64,000 nt of DNA. Origin: Octopus vulgaris (taxonomy: Eukaryota). The notes under the pieces are model-generated. The model saw nothing but the letters and a program-made list of their open reading frames with translations. It did not search any database and had not been told where the DNA came from. Positions 1 to 13,385 of this stretch are shown one piece after another. Location of the stretch: assembly GCA_951406725.2 (NCBI GenBank), contig OX597824.1, positions 8,432,001-8,496,000 of the forward strand, given 5' to 3'. Position 1 is the first letter of the stretch. Each line of letters starts with the position of its first letter. The position numbers and the translations under genes are program-made.

Positions 1-788
1 CATGTCTTTCTTATAGGAGCTGACCTGCAGACAAATATCTCTGATGGCATTCAGTTACAGTCACTTATGTAGCAAGTTCAAATCCCTCCAGGGTTCACTG
101 GCTATTTTTTTTTGTCCTTACAGGGTTCGTAAAATTAAAGTAGCGGTCAAATTCTAGGGTTAATATAACTGATTATATTGTCACCAGAAAATATATAATT
201 TTTTTATATACCCAGGCCTATTCGCCATTTTTTAGGAGTGGGTAGCCACAGCAAGACACACACCAGGCATTCCAGTCATTTCCCAGTTCTATGCTTGGGT
301 CAAGGCATAGAACGCAACCCCCCATATCAGCAGTGTACCCCACTGCATCATGCTGGTTCCATACCCCTTTGAGCAACATCAAATTCACTCATCCATCCAC
401 AAATTTTCTCCAAGCTTTCCTATCATTTATAAACTCTCTTGCCCCTCCCCTGGGTACGACTATAAACTACATCCAGTAGTGGGACCCTGGGGCCCTGCTT
501 TCAGGGTTTGAAGAGTGTGGAACCACCTCTTAGCCACTACTGTTCCCAGGTCTACTCTGGCCTGGAGTGGTAGCACCTGTAAGGGTCCTAACTATTGGTT
601 AATTAGCAAACCCCACTGCCACTGGTGAGGGGACCAGTAGAATGGAATCGTCGTATTCCCTGCGTGGCGTAAGAGGTGACTAAAAGGGGCAGGAGCAAAG
701 GGACTGAGAATCCACTTCTAGTAATTTTATATTCCTAAAAAAGACAACAAGAAAAAGACACCCTTTCATAGCATCATGGGGAGGTATG

Positions 789-857
789 GACTCACAGACT
801 CACAGACTCACAGATTCATTCACAGACTCACAGACTCACAGACTCACAGACTCACAG
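789..857. repeat. 8-bp minisatellite (GACTCACA)n
   Basis: Seven perfect GACTCACA units plus one variant; reads (TGTGAGTC)n on the minus strand. Confidence 0.9.
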
Positions 858-892
858 CTGTACTGAAGGGGACCTGACGAGGATGAAGACAT
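856..892 (-). other. candidate 37-nt micro-exon of an unidentified minus-strand transcript
   Basis: On the minus strand a long pyrimidine tract precedes ...ttgcaaag|ATGTCTTC...ACAGCT|gtgagt. No recognisable protein similarity. Confidence 0.25.
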
Positions 893-1099
893 CTTTGCAA
901 TTATCAAGGAATGCAGTAAGACACAAATAACAGGGGAAAAAGAAAAGAAGAAGGAAGAAACGTAAAGTTGGTGGGTGGGGGGAGAATTCTAAAAAGAAGG
1001 GATGTGTCCAAAGAAGCTGAGTTCAAATCTGGTCTGTGGATTGTTTTGGGAAAGAACTGCCGGGTCATGAGGTTTTTCTATCTTTTCCTCTGTTGCAAT

Positions 1100-1948
1100 G
1101 CCATATCATCAATCATCATCATTGTCATTTTCATCATCGTTGTTGTTGTCGTCATGGTCGTCATTATCATCATCATCATCACTACTGGCAACACCACCAC
1201 CTTCACCACGAAAAGGCTGCTATCACCAGAAACATGAGCACCAGAACCAGAACCAGAACAACCACTGCTGCTGCTACTGATACCACCACCACCACCACCA
1301 CCACCATTACTACCACCACCACCACTACCACCACCACCACCACCACCATAATCACCACCACCATAATCACCACCACCACCACCACCACCACAATCATTAT
1401 CACCACCACCACCATCATCACCACCACCACCATTACTACCACCACCACCACCACCACCACCACCACCAAAAACCCCTATCACCACCACCACCACCATAAT
1501 CACCACCACCACCACCACCACCATAATCACCACCACCACCAAAAACCACCATCACCACCACCACCACAACCACTATCACCACCATCACCGTCACCCCCAT
1601 CACCACTACCACTACCACCACCACGACCACCACAACCACCACCACCACCACCACCACCACCAACAACAACAACAACGACAGCAGCAATGCTACCACTACT
1701 ATAGCTGCTGCTGCTGCCAATGCTGCCATCCTCATCGTCCTCTTCATCCTCCTCCTCCTCCTCCTCCTCCTCATCAGTTCCATCTGTTTGGGAAGCAGAC
1801 CTTGACAGATCTATTAAGTGCACTGATTTAGATCTGGAGGCAGAATGGAGCGAAAATAATGACAGCAATTATTAGTGTGACAATAACAACAACAACAACA
1901 ACAACCAGATCAGGGTGAAAAGATCAGGCTGATGATGATGATGATGAC

Positions 1949-1996
<48 letters not shown>

Positions 1997-2505
1997 CTGT
2001 TATCTTCTTGTCTTTCTCCCCCCCACCTTCTCTTCCACCTTCTTTGTTATCCTTTCTCATTAAGTTGAGGAGAAGGAGGAGGAGGAGGAGGAGGAGAAGA
2101 AAGAAGAATAAAAGAAAGTGATAACGAGGGAAGAAGAAGAGGAAGAAGAGACAGCTGTATTGGATGAAGCTGAGAGTGGTAATAATAAGAGTCGTGTAGT
2201 CATGGTGATGGTGGTGGTGGTGTGGTGATAGAGAGGTGATGATGATGATGATGATGACGATGATGGTAGTGATGATGATGATGATGACGATGATGATGAT
2301 GTTAATGATGATGGTAGTGATGATGATGATGATGATGATGAAACCAGTAGCACTGGTGGTGATAACAATGATGGTAACAACGGCCATTATCATGATCACC
2401 ACCACCACCACCACCACCACCACCACCACCACAACCATAATCATTATCACCTCCACCCCCCATCCTCAACATCATCATCATCATCACCATCATTATCACC
2501 ACCGT
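1100..2505. repeat. compound trinucleotide microsatellites (CAT/CAC/CCT/GAT/CAA)
   Basis: Read directly; source of the poly-T/H/P/G/V/M ORFs in all frames. Confidence 0.9.
1690..1833 (-). other. candidate exon start (strong acceptor); reading frame and end uncertain
   Basis: Minus strand has a branch-like CACTAAT and the acceptor ttttcgctccattctgcctccag|ATCTAAATC. One open frame reads SKSVHLIDLSRSASQTDGTDEEEE. No clear donor. Confidence 0.3.
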
Positions 2506-3002
2506 TGTCATCTTTGTTTTAAAACATTTATATTCATCGTATCCTTGCTAGCTTGGGTTAAATAGTTCTGGAAATTTTGACATTTCCTTGAATTATTCAT
2601 AAGCCGTTTCTCCTTTTTAGAACCTCAAAATCATTTCATTATTCTAATTATTTAACAGCAAAATCAATTATCAGTGTCCGTTTCTTATTTGATATTAATA
2701 TTAACCATTTATATATTATGTCTTGTCAAAAGTTACTAACACGAAAAACTATCTGTTCTTGGCAACGTATGATTTTGCCTTTTAGGCACCAAATACAATT
2801 ACATCAGACCCCTATTTCAGTCATTTATGAGCTGTTTGAGGCAAATTCATTGTCAATTTCTGCTTTAGCTCTCATTAGGGTCGATAGAAAAGCATTACAC
2901 CTATTTGGGGAATACGGTTCTATATTTAAGAGATGAGGAATTATTTACATTATTTACATTATTTACATTTGACAGATATTTGTCCTCATCTTGTTTGTTG
3001 TT

Positions 3003-3048
3003 AACACAACGTTTCGGCTGATATACTCTCCAGCCTTCATCAGGTGTC
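3003..3048 (-). ncRNA. minimal type I hammerhead ribozyme motif (Penelope-like element type)
   Basis: Minus strand GACAC-CTGATGA-A-GGCTG(gagagtatat)CAGCC-GAAAC-GTT-GTGTT. Stem I and stem II pair; stem III is the palindrome AACGTT. Confidence 0.75.
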
Positions 3049-3131
3049 TTGGGGAAATTTCGAACCTCGGTTCTCATTCCTAAGGTATTTTTCAATGTTG
3101 TTATTATTATTATTATTATTATTATTAATAT

Positions 3132-3255
3132 TGAGTGAGTGAGCAGTGCATGCCATCAAAGTGGCACTGGGGGTAAAATACACAAAGCCCAGTATACCTA
3201 CCATGGCTACCCATCTGATAGGAGTACACTAGGCACATGTATCACAACCATATGA
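3132..3255 (-). mobile_element. truncated copy of the (TAA)n-associated 520-560 bp element
   Basis: Matches the left end of the copies at 10754 and 11779 and abuts (ATT)n. Confidence 0.8.
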
Positions 3256-3301
3256 CATTGAAAAATACCTTAGGAATGAGAACCCAGGTTCAAAATTTCA
3301 C

Positions 3302-3733
3302 AAAAACAACAACACGAGAACGTGGTACATGTAAAGTATTAGCAGATGCTCAGGGAAGGAAAGAAAGATGGTTTAACGTTTCGAGCAAACGCTCTTCTTC
3401 AGAAACAGAGGAAAGTCCAATAGAAAGGAAGACGGAGGAAGAAAATCGCCAATGATTCACATGTGGTCTTCCCTCAACCTATCTTCTGTCCTACTTCCAC
3501 TCTCTTTCCTTTTTCTCTTTCTCTTTTTCTTTTTGTCACCACCAACAATACCTACACCATTAAAAATGTAACCATATGTGAATCGTTGGCGATTTTCTTC
3601 CTCCGTCTTCCTTTCTATTGGACTTTCCCCTTTTGTCGAAGAAGAGCATTTGCTCAAAACATTAAACCATCTTTCTCTCCATCCCTGAGCATCTGTTAAT
3701 ACTTTACATGTACCATGTCCTCTAGTTGTTTTT
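3302..3733. mobile_element. fold-back (tail-to-tail) Penelope-like remnant, arms about 160 bp
   Basis: About 3302-3462 is the reverse complement of about 3575-3733; each arm carries a hammerhead motif. Confidence 0.75.
3371..3406 (-). ncRNA. minimal hammerhead ribozyme motif, intact core
   Basis: Minus strand GTTT-CTGAAGA-A-GAGC(gttt)GCTC-GAAAC-GTT-AAAC. The mirror copy at 3631-3667 is degenerate. Confidence 0.8.
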
Positions 3734-3985
3734 CTTGTGTTTGTCCTTCTGTTTTTGGATTTACTATATACCACATGCTCACACGGACCCCAGACTTCTG
3801 ACTGACTTTGAAGTACTTAATACTTTCTACCATTGGATCACATTACCTTGTTTATTTGGAGTACGCCATTTCTGCACCACCTTGATGGTGAATCATTATA
3901 CATATATATATGTATATATGTATATATATAATTGTGTGTGTGTGTATAGAGTATTCGAAGTGGTGTACAGATATTGTATATTGCG

Positions 3986-4159
3986 AAAAAGAAGGCAGTC
4001 AGAATTTTAGATAATTCTTTATTAGCACTTTTGTTCGTTTACGAACTCGTCAAGACAAAATAAAAATCAAATTTTGATTTTGATTTTGTCTTGACGAGTT
4101 CAATAAATGAACAAAAGCGCTAATAAAGAATTGTCCAGAAATTCTGACTGCTTCCTTTT
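3986..4159. repeat. inverted repeat (about 75-bp arms) with degenerate hammerhead-like motif
   Basis: The arms aaaagaaggcagtcagaattt...tcgtcaagacaaaat and attttgtcttgacga...ctgactgcttcctttt are reverse complements. The motif TTGACGA-GTTC..GAAC-aAAAGCGCTA lacks the conserved G of GAAA. Confidence 0.7.
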
Positions 4160-4558
4160 ATGCACACACACTCAGACATGCACACACAAGGAAACAGAGG
4201 TACACACACACATATACAAATACACACACACACACACACACAAGCACATACATAAAACACACAAACACAGACATGCAAACACATGAATATGTAGAATACA
4301 TACATACAAATGTACACACATAAATAGATACATATGCACACACACACACACACTGATCCACACACATGTGCACAAACAAACAAAAAGGAATGCAGTGTGA
4401 GTAAAGGACAGAGTCAAGACTATTGAAAAGGTTGCAAGACGCAACGAAAATTTTAGAAAATAAACATAAGAAATAAGTGGAAATTTTACCGGTGAGTGTG
4501 TTAAATTATAAGGCATGAAAAGAGAATGATTCTCCCCAGACACAACAGTATATATATA

Positions 4559-4608
<50 letters not shown>

Positions 4609-4611
<3 letters not shown>

Positions 4612-5070
4612 CGAAATCGAAATCGGAATCGAAATTGAACCAATCCTATGACTGGCACCCGGGAGATGCCAGGATCCCTGGACTGGTGGTACATAAAAAG
4701 CACTATCCGAATCGTGGCCGATACCAGCGCCGCCTCGACTGGCTTCTGTGCCGGTGGCACGTAAAAAGCACCATCCGAATTGTGGCCGATGCCAGTGCCG
4801 CCCTGACTGGCCTCGTGCTGGTGGCACGTAAAATGCACCAATCCGACCATGGCCGTTGCCAGCCTCGCCTGGCACCTGTGCAGGTGGCACGTAAAAAGCA
4901 CCCACTACACTCACGGAGTGGTTGACGTTAGGAAGGGCATCCAGCTGTAGAAACATTGCCAGATAAGACTGGAGCCTGGTGCAGCCTTCTGGCTTCCCAG
5001 ATCCCCGGTCGAACCGTCCAACCCATGCTAGCATGGAGAACGGACGTTAAATGATGATGGTGATGATGAT
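4609..5070 (+). mobile_element. SINE-like family C (internal gtggcacgtaaaaagcacc repeats, (GAT)n tail)
   Basis: The same sequence recurs at about 8060-8290(-), 20375-21010(+, two copies), 22925-23552(-) and 27440-27752(+). Confidence 0.75.
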
Positions 5071-5238
5071 ATATTAGCGAGAAGTTGAGGTTATAAGAGA
5101 TAATGGTGTCATTGAGACCCAAAGGTGTCAGGTAATGCTGAATAAGTGCTATAGACAAACCATAGTTAAGTTCCAGATTTGGTAATATTGCGAATAAAGG
5201 GTTCAACGTTGGTTCTATGTCAGCGTGTGTATATATGA

Positions 5239-5515
5239 ATTTTTTGCGTAATAAGATAAAACACCAAGGCTGTATAGATATTAGAGCATTTATAGATAGG
5301 AGGTCTTACAGCTGTTTCTAGGATATTAATTAATAATATCCCTTCATCGAAGACGGTGTGAGAGGAACATTAAGTCATAGTTAGTTTCTCCTCTCACACC
5401 GTCTCTGATGAAGGGATATTATTAATTAATATCCTAGAAACAGCTGTAAGACCTCCTATCTATAAATGCTCTAATATCTATACAGCCTTGGTTTTTTATA
5501 TCATTATGCAAAAAA

Positions 5516-5517
<2 letters not shown>
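5239..5517. mobile_element. fold-back Penelope-like insertion, about 128-bp arms, in (TA)n context
   Basis: About 5239-5366 is a near-perfect reverse complement of about 5388-5517. A single-arm relative lies at about 19210-19345. Confidence 0.8.
5401..5452 (+). ncRNA. minimal hammerhead ribozyme motif, intact core
   Basis: GTCT-CTGATGA-A-GGGATAT(tattaatta)ATATCCT-A-GAAAC-AGCT-GTA-AGAC. Palindromic stem III ACAGCTGT; predicted cleavage after GUA. Confidence 0.8.
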
Positions 5518-5567
<50 letters not shown>

Positions 5568-5841
5568 ATAGAATTAGATATATAGAAAGTCTTTTGTACG
5601 GTATTGTGTATTTGAAAAAAATGAATAGAAATGGTTTTTATGATAATTTTTCCACTTTAATAATTAAATGTTTATATGTTTACAAAAGCTGATTGTGATA
5701 GGAGTTTCTATCTTTTGAAAACTGCTTTAAAGCAAGAATCTCCTATTGGAATCACCTTTTGTGAAGTTATAGACATTCAATTATTAAAGTGGAAGAATTA
5801 TCTGAAAAACCATTTCTATTCATTTTTTTTCAAACACACAC

Positions 5842-5872
<31 letters not shown>

Positions 5873-5906
5873 TGTATGTATGTATGTATGTATGTATTTA
5901 TGTAAG

Positions 5907-6241
5907 TATGGCTCAGTGGTTAGAGCGTCGAGCTTACGATCGTGAGGTTGTGAGCTCGAATCCCGGACCGGGCTGCGTGTTGTGTTCTCGAGCAAGGCAC
6001 TTTATTTCACGTTGCTCCAGTTCACTCAGCTGTAGAAATGAGTTGCGACGTCACTGGTGCCAAGCTGTATCGACCTTTGTCTTTCCCTTGGATAACACTG
6101 GTGGTGTGGAGAGGGGAGGCTGGTATGCATGGGCGACTGCTGGCCTTCCATAAACAACCTTGCCCGGACTTGTATCTAGGAAGGTAACTTTCTAGGTGCA
6201 GTCCCATGGTCATTCATGACCGAAGGGGGTCTTTACTTTTT
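5907..6241 (+). mobile_element. tRNA-derived SINE (family D)
   Basis: A box TGGCTCAGTGG, B-box-like GCTCGAATCCC, central gagcaaggcacttta segment and a short CTTTA tail. Confidence 0.75.
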
Positions 6242-6242
6242 A

Positions 6243-6323
6243 CAGGGACATAAACACACCAGCATCGGTTGTCAAGCAATGTTGGGGAGTACAAACACAG
6301 ACACACAAGCATATACACACACG

Positions 6324-6369
<46 letters not shown>

Positions 6370-7545
6370 CATATACATATATATATAAACATATATATCT
6401 CTCTATATATAAACGGCAGTTTGTCTGTCTGTGTGTCTGTGTGTCTGTCAGGTTGTACCCTCACCCTGACCATGACTTTCAACCGATTCTGATGAAACTT
6501 GACACACACATAGCCCAATGTTATAATTCAAAACTAATCCAGCGAAAATTTTGAAAAGTTCATCCAGTTCTGAAAAAAATTCGATATATTCGACATGGGT
6601 CGAAAATCTAAGCTTTTTATATGCAACACATTTTCTACAGACTGTCTAGGGGACGCAACTCGACCTTTTTAACTCTCGGAATACGTGGGGTGAGTATCCC
6701 AAAATGTATAACAATGTACAAAAACGGCAAAAAAGCGGGCAGCAATGTGAGTGACAACAACGAAAAAGTCAAAAGTGACCAAACTGAACAAACGAATGGA
6801 AAAGGTCTTTTGATGCACACGACAAAAGCGGTTTATAATAAACCAAGAGTTTGCAAGTAGCGTCCGAGGATCCTTAGGGTACGTCAAAAATTTAAGGTAA
6901 AATATTTGGGGTGGTAGTTATAAAGAAAGTGTAAACAAAAAAAGTATTCGAATAACTTGCGGCTGCAGCAGCTATTAGCAGAAGTGGCGGTAAAGTTGGG
7001 GGTAAAGTCTCGAATGTAATTTCTTCCTGGTAGGAATTGGTTGGGTTGAATTATCAATAGCTGTTTGATAGTTATTTGGGAGTGAAGAGAAGACATTGCA
7101 ACCTACACATGCACCTTCGTTCCCTAGAGGGAAAGGACTAGATTGGGATTAGTCGTTGCCTACTAGGGGCTCTTACATACCCGGGCAACGCCGGGCTATG
7201 CTGCTAGTATATATATATATATATACGATGGGCTTCTTTCAGTTTCCATCTACCAAATCCACTCACAAGGCTTTGGTTGGCCTGAGGCTATAGTAGAAGA
7301 CACTTGCCCAAGGTGTCACGCAGTGGGACTGAACCCAGAACCATGTGGCTGGTAAGCAAGCTACTTACCACACATACGACTGGCTTCTTTCAGTTTCCAT
7401 CTACCAAATACACTCACAAGGCTTCGGTTTGCCGAAAGCTATAGTAGAAAACACTTGCCCAAGGTGCCACACAGTGGGACTGAACCCAGAACCATGTGGT
7501 TGGGAATACGGGCTTCTTACCACACAGCCACGCCAGTGCCTATTT
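6243..7545 (-). mobile_element. tRNA-derived SINE family B, interrupted by a Helitron, with a duplicated head
   Basis: Reverse complement of the full copy at 43013-43397; the head occurs twice (7226-7372 and 7376-7540). Confidence 0.8.
6398..7207 (+). mobile_element. non-autonomous Helitron
   Basis: 5' TC...TATATATAAA start, subterminal hairpin CCCGG(gcaacg)CCGGG at 7180-7195, 3' CTAG, inserted between A and T, no TSD. Confidence 0.8.
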
Positions 7546-8688
7546 ATATATAGACATATCATTTCTTTTATTATGGTCTGAGAAGGAGAAAGAAAAAAAA
7601 AAACCATACACCAGCTTCTTGCATTGTTTGTTGCTGTAATCTAAATCTGATGACACAAAAGAAAGATTAAATTAAAAATATTTCCCGTTTTGACTTGGAG
7701 TGAGTTTTAGCGAGTCTGATGATTAAAAAATAAGTTTCCAAAGACAAACAGGCAGACAGGCAGACATTTCTATTTAAGTCTAATCTAACGGAAACAAAAT
7801 GGTAAAGCAGTAAACAGATAACAGATTGTGAAAGAGAGTCAGAGATGGTAAAGCACCATGGCTGGGTAGATAAGGGGTGGGGGCCACTTGGTATAAAATG
7901 CAGATTTTTAGAAAAAAAAAATTGCCATGAATGACATTAATATAATTGCTTGGAGCTAGCCTCCTGACATCATCACCATATCATCATCATCATCATCATC
8001 ATCTTCATCCTCCTCATCGTCATCCTCCTCCTCCTCCTCCTTCTCCTCCTCCTCATCATCATCATTTAACGTCCGCTTTCCATGCTGGCATGAGTTGGAC
8101 GATTTTGACTGCGGGCTGGCAAACCAGGCTCCAATCTTGATCTGGCTGTGTTTCTACAGCTGGATGCCCTTCCTAATGCCAACCACTCTGAGAGTGTAAT
8201 GAGTGCTTTTTACATGCCACCGGCATGGGGCCAGTCAGGCAGTACTGGCAACGACCCTGCTCAAATCTTTTATACATGCCACCAGTAATGTAATAGGGTC
8301 GATGTGACTGACTTAGTCCCCTCCCAAAAGCTGCTCCCGTGACAAAAGTTTGAAATTATTAATTAGCACAAAATTAATCACGAGAATTTAAGGTGTCCAG
8401 CAGAGATTGTAACATTTCATTCTCTGTTTCTTCGTGCAGAGAATAAACTAACGAATCTGCTGAAAGATCTGACGATAAAAAAGAAATAATTAAATTATTG
8501 TTGTGAGGTCAAGATAGCTTTATCTTGACAAAACAGGCTGAAGGAAAATAAATAAAAAAACCTTGCCAAAGATTGGTGCTTGATAAATTGCGAACAACCC
8601 TTGCAGACACTTCATTGGTGATTCCCCATGGCTTTAAAAAGAGTTTCTTCTTTTCACCTCTTTCACTCTGTATCTCTCTTTCGTAACC

Positions 8689-9090
8689 TATTTCTTTACT
8701 ACCCACAAGGGGATAAACATAGAGGGGACAAACAAGGACAGACAAACGGATTAAGTCGATTACATAACTGGTACTTAATTTATCGACCCCGAAGGGATGA
8801 AAGGCAAAGTTGACCTCGGCGGAATTTGAACTCGGAATGTAACGGCAGACAAAATACCTATTTCTTTACTACCCACAAGGGGCTAACCATAGAGGGGACA
8901 AACAAGGACAGACAAATGGATTAAGTCGATTAGATCGACCCCAGTGCGTAACTGGTACTTAATTTATCGACTCCGAAAGGATGAAAGGCAAAGTCGACCT
9001 CAGCGGAATTTGAACTCACAACGTAACGGCAGACGAAATACCTCTAAGCATTTTGCCCGGCGTGCTAATGTTTCCGCCAGCTCACCGCCT
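8689..9090 (-). mobile_element. tRNA-derived SINE family A with internal duplication and 18-bp TSD
   Basis: Head ggcggtgagctggcggaa, core gcctttcatcctttcggagtcgataaa, TSD tatctctctttc(g/a)taacc at 8671-8688 and 9091-9108. Confidence 0.85.
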
Positions 9091-9611
9091 TATCTCTCTT
9101 TCATAACCAATTAAGTCTTGGGCAGCCATTGTTGTATATCTAACCCCGCCCCGAACCCAATCCTAAGTGATTAATATTCATGAGGCAATTCATAAATTAA
9201 GCACTGCAAGCTAACCAAACTCCTACCGTCGCTTTTAATTTTTTCCTATGCACATTGTAGTGTTCCTGAGGTCAATCCTGTGAGCTACATGGTAACATGT
9301 AACTCAGTACAACCTGTTGCATGGTTGGGTCTCACTGGCAACTAAACCAGCAACCCCCACCAAGCTTGGTTGGTTAGGAGGGTGGTTAATTGGACATCCT
9401 ACTGAATAAGAAGCAAAACCTGTCAAAGGGCCTAGAAACTCATGTGAGTCAGTGGATATGTGGTCCTATCTCCCCTTGATTGATGTTAACCCCACATATT
9501 TTTGTAACATTTTTTTGCTGTAACTTGTCCTTCAATATTGTCCTCCATGACTTGGGCCCCTGTGGCCAATAAAAGAAATCATAATTATTATTTTTATTAT
9601 TATTATTATTA

Positions 9612-10188
9612 TTTATTTTTCCTCTTCTTTCTTCAAATTTTCTTCCATTTCTCGCCGAGTATTTTCCGTACACCTAGGGCAGAGAAGCTCATTGTATGCA
9701 TTCCCAGATTACACATGCAAATTCACAGGTAAAATATGTATTTAAAAAAATTAATAAATAAATAAATTCATGAATGGATGTTGTTTTCACAGCGATAATG
9801 CTCTTCTCAGTACATCAGCCATTCCAGTTAACACAATTTTTTTCACTTCCTGTAGGGATGGTAAGCCTGGTATCATTTTCAAAAAGGTTTCAGTACCTTT
9901 TTTTATCATTCCTAGAGATCCTACAATCACTGGTACTGTAGTCGCCTTCAGATGCCACATTTCTTCAATTTCTATTAGCAGGTCTTTATATTTACTAATC
10001 TTGTCAAATTCTTTTGCCGCTATATTGTGATCGCAAGGAATACTCATGTCAATTAATAAACACATCTTTTTTATCTGATCTTTTATAATAATATCCGGTT
10101 TATTAGCTTTTATAGTTTTGTCAGTATGTACGGGGAAGTCCCAGGGAATCAACACATTTTCTCCCTCAGTCACAGCTTCAGGAGGGTG

Positions 10189-10192
<4 letters not shown>
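9612..10192 (-). mobile_element. 5'-truncated R4/Dong-type non-LTR retrotransposon (restriction-like endonuclease domain plus 3' UTR)
   Basis: ORF 9787-10173 reads WDFPVHTDKTIKANKPDIII...LLIDMSIP...KISKYKDL...PVIVGSLG, a PD..D..K..KY RLE motif. Flanked by (TAA)n on both sides. Confidence 0.85.
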
Positions 10193-10235
<43 letters not shown>

Positions 10236-10237
10236 CA

Positions 10238-10731
10238 TTGCCTTTGCACAGCTTCTAACGCTGGAGATGTACTATGGTGTCACCTGTTCACTACCAGTGA
10301 ACTAAGGTAACACTTCTTATTTTTCAAGCACCTTCCAGAGTATTCAAGTAGTTCCAAGCAGTGCTGTTTTCTGCAAGTGCTCCACCCTTTTTGCAGCCTC
10401 TTTTTATTCCATGTATTTCTCGAGATTTTTACTCACTGTTCCCAGGACTCCGACAGTTATTGGTACTACTACCACCTTATACATCGACCACAACTGCTTA
10501 ACCTCCCAAGCTAACCTGTCACATCTCTCGACTTTTCTTTCTTCCTTATCGCATACCTTGTTGTCAGCTGGGCATGCTATATCTATGATCCAGCATAGTT
10601 TGTTTTCTTTCTCAATTAAGACTATGCCTGGCTTCCTATTCTCTATCTCATGGTCGCACTGAATCATAAAATCTCACAGGATCTTTGCATTATCATTTCC
10701 AATGAAGTCTTCGAGTTTGTGGTCATACCAA
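10238..10731 (-). mobile_element. second, distinct R4/Dong-type 3' fragment (degenerate RLE domain)
   Basis: NWYDHK..KIL*DFMIQCDHEIENRKPGIVL..IIDIACP..VPITVGVLG with an in-frame stop. Flanked by (TAA)n. Confidence 0.8.
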
Positions 10732-10753
10732 TTTTTATTATTATTATAATTAT

Positions 10754-12367
<1,614 letters not shown>

Positions 12368-12899
12368 TACCATTATTATTATTCATTTTGTTTATCATAT
12401 ACAAGTCTGTGTGAACCCTTCAAAGCAGTTCCGCAGTGTGGCTGCAGTCCAATGACTGCGACAAGCAAAAAATAAAACATATAAGACATCAAAAAAACTT
12501 CTTTTTTTTTGTTAAAAAAGCGAAAAGGGAGTGGGTCGGGTGGATGGGCGTGGGGGGGGGGGAAAGTTAATTTAATTTAAAAACCTTGTTTTATTATATT
12601 TCTGCTGATTTAATCAATGCAAAACTATAACGAGAACATTTCCAAATTGCTTGAGTCGGCTAAAATAATAATATCAGTTTGTGACTGTTGTTTGTTTTGT
12701 TTTATATTTGTTTATTTAATACTTTGTACTTTTTCTATTGTTCTTAATTAAATATCTATTTAGAAATGAGAAATTAGAGACTGAATGTTTGTGTTTTTTT
12801 GTTGTTTTCTTTTACCTTTTTTCTTCTTTTTTTTACCTTTTGAACAAGTGGAAACAAACTAGGTTACTGGTTATAATAAAAGCTTGTTGTATATGTAAA

Positions 12900-13382
12900 G
12901 TTGTTGTTGTTGTTGTTGTCGTCATCGTCACCACCACCACCACCGCTGCCTCCACCGTCGCCTCTGCCACCACTGCTGCCGCCTCCACCACTGCTGCCAC
13001 CACCACCACTGCAGCCACCTCCACCACTGCTGCCGCCTCCACCACTGCTGCTGCCACCACCACTGCTGCCACCTCCACCACTGCTGCACCACCACTGCTG
13101 CCGCCTCCACCACTGCTGCCGCCTCCACCACTGCTGCCGCCTTCACCACTGCTGCTACCACCACCACTGCTACCGCTGCCACCACTGCTGCCACTGCCAC
13201 CACTGCTGCCGCCTTCACCACTGCTGCTGCCTCCACCACTGCTGCTGCCACCACCACTGTTGCCACTGCCACCACTGCTGCTGCTGCCACCACTGCCACC
13301 ACTGCCACCACTGCTACCACCGCCACCACCGCCACTGCTGCTGTCACCACCGCCACCACCATCATCATCGTCATCGTCGTCA
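12900..13382. repeat. GC-rich compound trinucleotide/18-mer repeat (CCACCACTGCTGCCGCCT)
   Basis: Read directly; open in several frames on both strands. Confidence 0.85.
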
Positions 13383-13385
13383 TTC

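Noticed and set aside
600-690. Structured motif ending gcgtggcgtaagaggtgactaaaagggg, possibly an HDV-like ribozyme at a LINE end
   Set aside because: I could not build the nested double pseudoknot by eye; a covariance-model search is needed.
1036-1783. His/Thr/Pro-rich and Gly-rich ORFs resembling structural proteins
   Set aside because: Trinucleotide repeats open in several frames on both strands; the Gly-rich reading needs several frameshifts.
4640-4900. Regularly spaced gtggcacgtaaaaagcacc repeats resembling a CRISPR array
   Set aside because: The spacers are mutually similar, the context is eukaryotic, and the unit is part of dispersed repeat family C.
5907-5975. tRNA gene at the SINE head (also the heads of families A and B)
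   Set aside because: A and B boxes are present but there is no complete cloverleaf, and the sequence continues into the SINE body.
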